From positions 1,500,001 through 1,532,000 of the forward strand of contig NC_022359.1 in NCBI RefSeq assembly GCF_000354175.2: a DNA stretch of 32,000 bases. The letters run 5' to 3'. A model generated the notes under the pieces. That model had not been told where the DNA came from. It did not search any database and saw only the letters and a program-made list of their open reading frames with translations. This DNA is from Vibrio alginolyticus NBRC 15630 = ATCC 17749. Its GTDB lineage: Bacteria > Pseudomonadota > Gammaproteobacteria > Enterobacterales > Vibrionaceae. Shown in pieces: positions 7,189 to 14,865 of the stretch. A program made the translations under genes and the position numbers. Position 1 is the stretch's first letter. Each line of letters begins with the position of its first letter.

Positions 7189-9354
7189 ATGAGCTACCAA
7201 ACCCAGTCTTACCAACCGCTATTAATGAACTTTGAAGAAGCGGCAGAACTAAGCAAAGCACTTGGCACGGATAGCCTATTAGGAAATGCACTAGCACGTG
7301 ACATCAAACAAACTGACGCTTACATGGCCGAGGTCGGCATTGAAGTTCCAGGTCACGGCGAAGGCGGCGGTTACGAGCACAACCGCCACAAGCAAAACTA
7401 CATCCACATTGATCTAGCGGGTCGCCTATTCCTTATCACTGGCGAACAGAAATACCGCGATTACATCGTGGACATGCTAACGGCTTACGCGAAGGTTTAC
7501 CCGACGCTAGAAAGCAACACCAGCCGTGACTCTAACCCTCCGGGTAAGATCTTCCACCAAACTCTGAACGAGAACATGTGGATGCTATACGCCTCTTGTG
7601 CGTACAGCTGCATTTACCACACATTGGAAGAAGAGCAAAAAACACTGATTGAAAACGATCTGTTCAAACAAATGATTGAGCTGTTCGTAGTCACTTACGG
7701 TCACGACTTTGACATCGTACACAACCACGGTCTGTGGGCTGTAGCAGCAGTCGGTATATGTGGTTACGCAATTAACGATCAAGATGCAGTAGACAAAGCG
7801 CTTTACGGCTTGAAACTGGACAAAGTGAGCGGCGGCTTCCTAGCTCAGCTAGACCAACTGTTCTCACCAGATGGCTACTACATGGAAGGTCCTTACTACC
7901 ACCGTTTCTCGCTGCGTCCAATCTACCTATTCGCAGAAGCGATTGAACGTCGTCAGCCTGAGCTTGGTATTTACGAGTTCAACGACTCGGTCATCAAGAC
8001 CACGTCTTACGCGGTATTTAAGACGGCATTCCCAGATGGTACTTTGCCGGCATTGAACGATTCATCGAAGACGATTTCGATTAACGATGAAGGCGTAATC
8101 ATGGCAACGTCAGTATGCTTCCACCGTTACGAGCAGTCTGAAACGCTACTTGGCATGGCAGACCACCAACAAGACGTTTGGGTTCATATCTCAGGCAAAA
8201 CATTGTCTGATGCGGTTGCAGCCGCAGATAACATCAAACCATTCAACTGGGGTAGCCCATTCGTTACTGACGGCCCTGAAGGCGAAAAAGGTGGCGTAAG
8301 CATTCTTCGTCACCGTGATGAACAAGACGACGACACCATGGCGCTTATCTGGTTTGGTCAACACGGCAGCGATCACCAATACCACTCAGCGCTAGACCAC
8401 GGTCACTACGATGGTCTGCACCTGAGCGTATTTAACCGCGGTCATGAAGTGCTGCACGATTACGGCTTTGGTCGCTGGGTAAACGTTGAGCCTAAATTTG
8501 GCGGTCGTTACATCCCAGAGAACAAGTCTTACTGTAAGCAGACGGTCGCTCACAACACAGTAACGGTTGACCAAAAGACACAAAACAACTTCGACACAGC
8601 GCTAGCAGAAACCAAGTTCGGTTCTAAGCACTTCTTCAAAGCTGATGACGAAAAACTGCAAGGCATGAGCGGTCGCATCTCTGGTTACTACAATGGCGTA
8701 GACATGCAACGCAGCATTATTCTTGCTGAATTGCCAGAATTCGAAAAACCACTTGTGATTGATGTTTACCGCATCGAAGCAGATCAAGAGCACCAATACG
8801 ACCTGCCAGTGCACTACTCTGGTCAAATCATCCGTACGGATTTTGAATACGATGTAGAAAGCACGCTGCGCCCAATGGGTGAAGACAACGGCTACCAACA
8901 TCTATGGAATGTAGGTTCAGGCCAAGTTCAAGGCAGCTCGCTTGTTAGTTGGTTGCACGACAACAGCTACTACTCGCTAATCACAAGCGCAACAAACGGC
9001 GGCAAAGTGTTCTTCACTCGCACAGGCGCAAATGATCCAGACTTCAACTTGAAGAGCGAACCAGCACTGATCTTACGTCAATCTGGTCAGAACCACGTGT
9101 TTGCTTCTGTTCTAGAGACACACGGTTACTTCAACGAGTCTATCGAAGCATCGGTTGGCGCTCGTGGTCTAGTAGAGTCAGTAACCGTCGTTGGCAACAA
9201 CGAAGTGGGTACCGTGATTCGTCTGCAAACTACCACAGGCAACGCTTACCACTTCGCTATCTGCAATCTAGATGAAGACAAGCAGAACGCCGCACATCGC
9301 GTTGAGTTCGACGGTGTGACTTACACTTGGGAAGGCGCATTCGCACAAATTTAA
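7189..9354 (+). CDS. oalC: Exolytic oligoalginate lyase, PL17 family, tandem paralog
   Basis: 721 aa. AGGAG RBS; the ATG begins 2 nt after the oalB stop. Collinear with oalB over its full length (GHGEGGGYEHNRHKQNY, HNHGLWAVAAVG, YYMEGPYYHRF). Confidence 0.92.
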   Translation: MSYQTQSYQPLLMNFEEAAELSKALGTDSLLGNALARDIKQTDAYMAEVGIEVPGHGEGGGYEHNRHKQNYIHIDLAGRLFLITGEQKYRDYIVDMLTAYAKVYPTLESNTSRDSNPPGKIFHQTLNENMWMLYASCAYSCIYHTLEEEQKTLIENDLFKQMIELFVVTYGHDFDIVHNHGLWAVAAVGICGYAINDQDAVDKALYGLKLDKVSGGFLAQLDQLFSPDGYYMEGPYYHRFSLRPIYLFAEAIERRQPELGIYEFNDSVIKTTSYAVFKTAFPDGTLPALNDSSKTISINDEGVIMATSVCFHRYEQSETLLGMADHQQDVWVHISGKTLSDAVAAADNIKPFNWGSPFVTDGPEGEKGGVSILRHRDEQDDDTMALIWFGQHGSDHQYHSALDHGHYDGLHLSVFNRGHEVLHDYGFGRWVNVEPKFGGRYIPENKSYCKQTVAHNTVTVDQKTQNNFDTALAETKFGSKHFFKADDEKLQGMSGRISGYYNGVDMQRSIILAELPEFEKPLVIDVYRIEADQEHQYDLPVHYSGQIIRTDFEYDVESTLRPMGEDNGYQHLWNVGSGQVQGSSLVSWLHDNSYYSLITSATNGGKVFFTRTGANDPDFNLKSEPALILRQSGQNHVFASVLETHGYFNESIEASVGARGLVESVTVVGNNEVGTVIRLQTTTGNAYHFAICNLDEDKQNAAHRVEFDGVTYTWEGAFAQI

Positions 9355-9403
9355 TCTTTAGCTAGTCACTAAAAATTAATGTAAAAATCGGGAACTAATT
9401 CAA

Positions 9404-9430
9404 AGCCGGACGTCATGTTCGGCTTTTTTT
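9404..9430 (+). terminator. Rho-independent terminator after oalC
   Basis: Stem AGCCGGA/TTCGGCT (one G-U pair) with a 7-nt loop, followed by T7. Confidence 0.8.
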
Positions 9431-9636
9431 GATTGTTTACATGACTCTACATGAGCTTATCAATTAGCGTTTAATCATAGTAAAACCGTTAATAACTCTT
9501 AGGAAAAACAGACATAACTTAACCTTACGCCTTATCAAAGACACCACTTATAGATATAGAACTCTTCTGAGATTTAATTAACACTTTTACTATTTAACTT
9601 ATGACTAAACTACTCCCCAATAACACTAAAATGATA

Positions 9637-9647
9637 TTGTATTACAA
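9637..9647. promoter_or_regulatory. Predicted GntR/FadR-type operator (site E) TTGTATTACAA
   Basis: Perfect palindrome about 30 nt upstream of the GTG start of the tandem-PL7 lyase. The flank ATGATATTGTATTA is shared with site J. Confidence 0.55.
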
Positions 9648-9676
9648 ATATTAAATGGTGTAAGAGACGTACTACT

Positions 9677-11428
9677 GTGTTTATAAAATCAACTAAATTG
9701 CTTCTAATAAGCTTCTCTGGGCTTGGATTAATAGGGTGTGGAGGAAATACCTCCCCTACAAGCCAAGATGATAAACCAAATATTCCACACCAAGAGCATG
9801 TAGCACCATACTCAATAGCAAAATTTCAAAACATATTGAGTAATTCAGATTTACAAGTATCAGATCCCAATGGGGAGGAGGGAAACAAAAACAGTGACGT
9901 CAAAAATGGAGCATTCTCGGATTATAAGAGTGACCACTTTTACGCAGAAAAGGATTCCAATTACCTTGTCTTTAAAATGTCGAACTACAAAATGCGCTCA
10001 GAAGTTCGTGAGCGAGAAAACTTTAACATTTCAGAACAAGGCGTCTTTAGAACTTTGTATGCAGATGTTCGATTACCAGAGATTAACCTTGCAATGGCTA
10101 GCTCCCCTGCAAACCACGATGAAGTCACTTTCCTGCAAATTCATAACAAAGGCACAGATACTTCTGGTATAGGTGCTATCCCACACCCTTTGTTACGGAT
10201 CGTTTGGGAACAAGAGCGAAACAGTATCACTGGTCATTACTGGGCGGTAGTAAAGAACAATGCCATAGATTGCAGTCTACCTTCTAGCGCATCAGATTGT
10301 TATGCAACATCATATGATCGTTATGATTTAGGAAAAGCCGATCTCAACGCATTCACGCGATTCGAAGTAAAAATCGGAGAAAACACATTAACCATTAAAG
10401 AGAACGATGAGCAAAAGGTAAATGTAGATGTATCCTACTGGCAGCACCTCCTGAGCTACTTTAAAGCCGGAGTTTACAACCAGTTTGAAAACGGTGAAGC
10501 AAAGGTACAATTTAAGCAGCTAGGACTAACCAAAACTGACCATACTGATTCAATAGCCTGGAATATTGACGATTGGAAATTAACCATTCCTGCAAGCAAA
10601 AATGATTGGTATGGTTTTGGCGGTGACAGCGCGGCTGAATTAGAGCCTGAGCGTTGTAATTCAAGTAAAGATCCTCTGTCTAACGAAGAGAGCGTTTACC
10701 AACGCGAGATTGATTTATCATACTTCAATGTTATTGACGGTAGCATGCATTTCCGTGCCGATATGGGTTACGGCACGTCAACGGCCAACTCCAGTTACAT
10801 CCGTTCAGAGTTGCGAGAGCTCTACATCAGTACTAACTCCCCGGATTGCAGCACCAGCGATGAAGAGACAAGTTGGTATATTGAAGATAGTCGTACCGGT
10901 GCAACTTCGCATACGCTAAACGCAACACTAAGAATCAACGAATACCCTAAAATCGACGGTCAATTACCAAAAGTCGTGGTAGGCCAGATACATGGTTGGA
11001 AAATCAGCCAAGCACTCGTGAAGCTACTTTGGGAAGGTGACAATAAGCCAGTCCGAGTTATTCTGAACGATAACTACAAACTTGATAACAACAAAGACTG
11101 TACTGATTGCAACGCATTCAGTGTTAAGCTTGGTACCTACGCGGTAAACGAAGACTGGCAATATACGATCCGTGCCGATAAGGAAGGACTGTTTTTAGCC
11201 ACCTACGATGCAGATGGCAGTAATATGGCCTCGCACACACTGAAGTGGGGAGAAGCATACTCAGACACCGCTAACAACAAGTCCTATACTCTTACTGAAA
11301 GATGGGCGTCGCCTGATATTGCGTTTTACTTCAAAGCCGGAATTTACCCTCAGTTTAAACCTGATAATGCATATCGAGGAGAAATCTTTGATGTGAGCTT
11401 TAGTGCTTTGAGCACTCTTCATCAATAG
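9677..11428 (+). CDS. Secreted lipoprotein alginate lyase with two tandem PL7 catalytic domains
   Basis: 583 aa with a GTG start and the lipobox LIGC. The PL7 signature set occurs twice: RSEVRE/LQIHNKG/YFKAGVYNQF, then RSELRE/GQIHGW/YFKAGIYPQF. Confidence 0.88.
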   Translation: MFIKSTKLLLISFSGLGLIGCGGNTSPTSQDDKPNIPHQEHVAPYSIAKFQNILSNSDLQVSDPNGEEGNKNSDVKNGAFSDYKSDHFYAEKDSNYLVFKMSNYKMRSEVRERENFNISEQGVFRTLYADVRLPEINLAMASSPANHDEVTFLQIHNKGTDTSGIGAIPHPLLRIVWEQERNSITGHYWAVVKNNAIDCSLPSSASDCYATSYDRYDLGKADLNAFTRFEVKIGENTLTIKENDEQKVNVDVSYWQHLLSYFKAGVYNQFENGEAKVQFKQLGLTKTDHTDSIAWNIDDWKLTIPASKNDWYGFGGDSAAELEPERCNSSKDPLSNEESVYQREIDLSYFNVIDGSMHFRADMGYGTSTANSSYIRSELRELYISTNSPDCSTSDEETSWYIEDSRTGATSHTLNATLRINEYPKIDGQLPKVVVGQIHGWKISQALVKLLWEGDNKPVRVILNDNYKLDNNKDCTDCNAFSVKLGTYAVNEDWQYTIRADKEGLFLATYDADGSNMASHTLKWGEAYSDTANNKSYTLTERWASPDIAFYFKAGIYPQFKPDNAYRGEIFDVSFSALSTLHQ

Positions 11429-11815
11429 TCATTTCAATCTCTTAGCAATAGGCTTGCTACTTTGCTCTAAAGCAACGAACAAAGCTCATACTGCCGCCAC
11501 GGGAAATTTTTAGAACACCACAATTCAACTCGCTTCACGCATAGTGTTTCCTTCTACGATAATTATATAAATCAACCTCCACTTAGGCAGCTTAAAAACA
11601 GCTTCTATAGTTTCATGAGATATTTATCTACCCTAACGCTGAGTTATTTTAAATTTAACCAATTAAACTACTCTAATATACATTCGCACTTAAAAATAAA
11701 CATTGTCAGAAGATAAAAGCAATCAATAATTATTACCTATCTATGGTGATAAATTTTTAAATTAATTTATCTATGTCAATTAAAATAATATTTGAGCTGT
11801 TTTATTCTTCTATAG

Positions 11816-11847
11816 AAAAAAAAGCCCTCAGCTACAAAGCTGAGGGC
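11816..11847 (-). terminator. Rho-independent terminator after the CBM32-PL7 lyase gene
   Basis: Perfect 9-bp stem GCCCTCAGC/GCTGAGGGC with a 6-nt loop, followed on the minus strand by T8. Confidence 0.85.
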
Positions 11848-11878
11848 AAAGGACTTCAATCAACTAAAAGTGATAGAA

Positions 11879-13444
11879 CTAGCCTTGGTACTTACCAAAA
11901 GATTGTTTTAATTTATAGAAAGTAGCTTGTGCGTAATCATCTGGATTACCGTACATATTCTGGTTATAGACACCGGCTTTAAAGTACATATATCTGCCAC
12001 CTTCGTCATAGCCACTGTCACTCATATCTACGACTTGAACAACATCATCTTTACCATCACGTTTTACCGTAACTGTCATTGTGTTGCCTTTCACATCAAT
12101 GATGTAGCTGAATTTTTCACCTAGCGCGATGCCATCGTCACCGATTTCACCAGTCATATCACCCACTAAGCTGTAGTAATCCTCTGTTCCAGTTTTGGTT
12201 TTTTCGTGAGCAAAGTAAACTGTACCTGTTGGTTGGTCTGGTAGCTTACGATAATAAAGACGAATTGGCTCATCATCTTTGTCATGAATCTGGCCGATAA
12301 TAAAGCGGCCAACTTCATGCGACTGACCAGTTGTGGTTGCGTGGTCAATCTTCAGAGTCGCTTCAAGCGTACCGTCTACACCACCCGCTTCTTTTTGATC
12401 TTCAACTGGTGCAGAACTGAATACCCAGTTATTAGGATTTACACCTTTTGTGCTGTAAGACTTATCACCAGCACGAAGCATGGTACGTAACTCAGTTCGC
12501 GCGTATTTAGTGTTTTCAGAAGTTCGAGCGCCTTTCACATAGCTCTTGAATACCATTCCGCCATCATCTGCTGTGTAGAATATATCAGAGTGTTGGAAGC
12601 CGTTAGCCAAGTCCCACTCATCAATATCATCAGCACGACCATCTTTGTCATGGTCGAAAGGTGTCGTCAGTTTCCAACGTGTTAAGTCAAAGTTTTCACC
12701 CGGTGCATTTGTAGCGAGTGGCTCTTTCGGTAACGTAGGGTAAGGCATCGCTTTAGAAAGATCACACGTCACAGTCGTTTCACAAGGACGGACGATTGGT
12801 GCTCCAAAGTCTCCTTTACGATTCTTTTTGAGTAAATCCTTTTGTGCCTTTTGCTCCGCTTTCATTTGCGCAATCATAGCCGCTTCAGCGTTAACGACGT
12901 CATCAGTAATGATGTGACTTGCCGGACAGGCATTAATTCCGCAATTAACTGCAGCTAACTCAGTAACTGAGTTCCATTGGTTTTTGCTATTACCGTGGCC
13001 AACGTAACGAACATAACGTGCTTTTACTGCAGGCTCAAACTGGAAGCGCTCTAAGCCAAGTGCGCGACCAGAGCTTTGCGCACCCTCAATAACCGTCACC
13101 CAGTTTTCACCATCAGTACTAAACTGAACATCAAATTTGCTGACGCGTTCGTTACCTTTGCTGAACGAGGCTTGAATTGCGTCGAACTCATAAACCGAGC
13201 CGTAATCCAACATCGCCCACTCACCATCACCATTTGCTGACCAACGTGTCATAATATCTTGGTCAAACAACTGCTCTGGAACATTACCATCATGACTACT
13301 CGCCGTTATCGTAACGGGAGTCAGAATATCAGCACCAGTTTCTTGGTTGTTTGGAAATGGATCTACCATGGTCGCCGTACTATTACAGCCCACAGCAAGT
13401 AAAATAGAAGAAGCTAACAAGCTTTTGAAGAAAATATGCTTCAT
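11879..13444 (-). CDS. alyB: Secreted alginate lyase, CBM32 (F5/8 type C) domain plus PL7 catalytic domain, probable lipoprotein
   Basis: The ORF track starts at GTG 13456. ATG 13444 is preferred (AGGTG RBS 9 nt upstream), giving 521 aa. Features seen: signal peptide ending AVGC, a discoidin-like block (TRWSANGDGEWAMLDYG...FSTDGENW), and PL7 motifs RTELRTM, GQIHDKD, YFKAGVYNQN. The symbol is by analogy with the CBM32-PL7 AlyB of V. splendidus and is tentative. Confidence 0.88.
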   Translation of the reverse strand: MKHIFFKSLLASSILLAVGCNSTATMVDPFPNNQETGADILTPVTITASSHDGNVPEQLFDQDIMTRWSANGDGEWAMLDYGSVYEFDAIQASFSKGNERVSKFDVQFSTDGENWVTVIEGAQSSGRALGLERFQFEPAVKARYVRYVGHGNSKNQWNSVTELAAVNCGINACPASHIITDDVVNAEAAMIAQMKAEQKAQKDLLKKNRKGDFGAPIVRPCETTVTCDLSKAMPYPTLPKEPLATNAPGENFDLTRWKLTTPFDHDKDGRADDIDEWDLANGFQHSDIFYTADDGGMVFKSYVKGARTSENTKYARTELRTMLRAGDKSYSTKGVNPNNWVFSSAPVEDQKEAGGVDGTLEATLKIDHATTTGQSHEVGRFIIGQIHDKDDEPIRLYYRKLPDQPTGTVYFAHEKTKTGTEDYYSLVGDMTGEIGDDGIALGEKFSYIIDVKGNTMTVTVKRDGKDDVVQVVDMSDSGYDEGGRYMYFKAGVYNQNMYGNPDDYAQATFYKLKQSFGKYQG

Positions 13445-13520
13445 GTAATCTAACACCTACAATATAAAAATGAATTAACAGCTCTTTTGCTGTAACAACA
13501 ATTAGGCAATAACACTCGGG

Positions 13521-14294
13521 TTAAAAGCTGTATTTAAGGCCAAGGCGTGTTCTCAATTGGCGGTCATCCGTGGTTGAACCATCCTTACCTTTGACATTCC
13601 ACAATTCAAAGTAAGGACGGAAATCTCCCATTTGGTAACCAACAATTAAGCCAGCATCCCACTCAGAATCTTTCCAATCAGATAAACGCACTTCGTCATA
13701 GTTTTTGTTGTAGTTGATCTCATAGCTCAGCTTGACGTTATCAAGGTACTCGTTATCAAACTGACGCATATCGTAAGAGCCTGTCAGTGTCCACTTACCT
13801 TGTTCAACTGTTTTCCCAGCAACGCTTACCGAAGTACCATCCGTTAGTGTTTTGTTACCTGCACCATCTGAATAAACTTGAAATTCGTGTCGGTAACGTA
13901 AAGCGGTACTTAAGCCAAAAGAGGATTTGTAACCAACACGAACTTGTGGTTTATAAGTGGTTTTTTCGTCATCATCACCAAAAGTAATAGGCATCCCTGG
14001 TTGGATAAACCATTGTTTATTTATTTGGTAGCGAACTCCCCAATCAAACTCAGAATCACCAGCAACGAGTTGATCCCAAAAATGCGAGTTGTCGTAACTA
14101 TGGAATTTTTGTTCTACACCAAAGTTCAGTTTGGTCTGATCGTTAATTTTAGAACTACCACTAATTTTGATACGTTGGGCATAAGTTTCACTCTCATGCT
14201 TATATTCTGCGCGATAGTCTAAAGTTGCTGCGGAAACCGCTCCCGCCATTAATGTGGAAGCAACGAATAGGGACATTGTTGTAACTGCTTTCAT
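13521..14294 (-). CDS. kdgM: KdgM/KdgN-family oligouronate-specific outer-membrane porin
   Basis: Preferred start is ATG 14294 (MKAVTT..., signal peptide ending VSA-AT), giving 257 aa. The sequence shows alternating beta-strand character, ends in aromatic ...LKYSF, and has the size typical of the KdgM family. The ORF-track start at 14378 adds 28 residues without a signal-peptide look. Confidence 0.85.
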   Translation of the reverse strand: MKAVTTMSLFVASTLMAGAVSAATLDYRAEYKHESETYAQRIKISGSSKINDQTKLNFGVEQKFHSYDNSHFWDQLVAGDSEFDWGVRYQINKQWFIQPGMPITFGDDDEKTTYKPQVRVGYKSSFGLSTALRYRHEFQVYSDGAGNKTLTDGTSVSVAGKTVEQGKWTLTGSYDMRQFDNEYLDNVKLSYEINYNKNYDEVRLSDWKDSEWDAGLIVGYQMGDFRPYFELWNVKGKDGSTTDDRQLRTRLGLKYSF

Positions 14295-14405
14295 GATTAT
14301 ATCTCTCTGTATATATTTTTTGGGATACCACTTAAATCCCTGGATTTGATTCAACACTATTGAATTAATGTATGACAAATACTAGTTAATTCATCATGAG
14401 AGTTC

Positions 14406-14421
14406 TGTGATATTAATCATG
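14406..14421. promoter_or_regulatory. Possible CRP-binding site
   Basis: TGTGATATTAATCATG. It is the near-twin of the 4793 site, and lies in the porin/lipoprotein divergent region. Confidence 0.35.
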
Positions 14422-14443
14422 TAAGTGCCCCTCAACTGACAAT

Positions 14444-14454
14444 TTGTATTATTA
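14444..14454. promoter_or_regulatory. Predicted operator variant (site F) TTGTATTATTA
   Basis: The 15-mer TTGTATTATTATATA is identical to the reverse complement of site H at 20506. The right half has AT instead of AC. It lies 150 nt upstream of the porin start. Confidence 0.4.
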
Positions 14455-14815
14455 TATATTCAAAAGTGTTAGCTATGTCTGATTCTAAAACGACCTTTGT
14501 ATACATCACTTACAGAGAAATGTTTTAACTCGTTTCATATGATAAAGAAGAAGATTAAAAAAACATAAAAAACAATAAATTCAATAACTTAAAGCCAAAA
14601 ATCTTGACATAAAATCAAAATTCCCTTGCTAAATCACCTTTAGTTTTTGCTGTTCCTCTATAAAGAAAGCTGTCAACCTCATAAAGGTTCAGCTCTTATT
14701 GATGTTGATATTCAACTATTTTGTGTGACTTATTCATCACTTCAGTGAGCAATCATTGTATCTAGTGTGAGTCGGATCATTCTATTGATAAAACCATCTA
14801 GATGACAGAAATTAT

Positions 14816-14826
14816 TTGTCTAACAA
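14816..14826. promoter_or_regulatory. Predicted GntR/FadR-type operator (site N) TTGTCTAACAA
   Basis: Perfect TTGT-N3-ACAA palindrome 40 nt upstream of the lipoprotein ATG. Confidence 0.5.
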
Positions 14827-14865
14827 TATTACATAAATAAAAACACATAGAAGTGAGTACCTACC

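Noticed and set aside
13452-13462. Operator half-sites such as ATATTGTAGGTG upstream of the CBM32-PL7 gene. Others occur at 2350..2360, 4881..4890, 19449..19459 and 20581..20593.
   Set aside because: Only one half (ATTGTA) matches and the partner half lacks AC-N-A. In AT-rich DNA such half-sites are expected by chance, so they are not listed as features.
14295-14378. 28-codon N-terminal extension of the porin ORF.
   Set aside because: The extension precedes an obvious signal peptide (MKAVTT...VSA-AT) and would bury it. The internal ATG at 14294 has an AGAGAG-type RBS.
14724-14740. TGTGA-N8-TCAC palindrome upstream of the lipoprotein gene, considered as a CRP site.
   Set aside because: The half-site spacing is 8 nt, not the 6 nt required for CRP. 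It may bind something else, but I cannot support a call.
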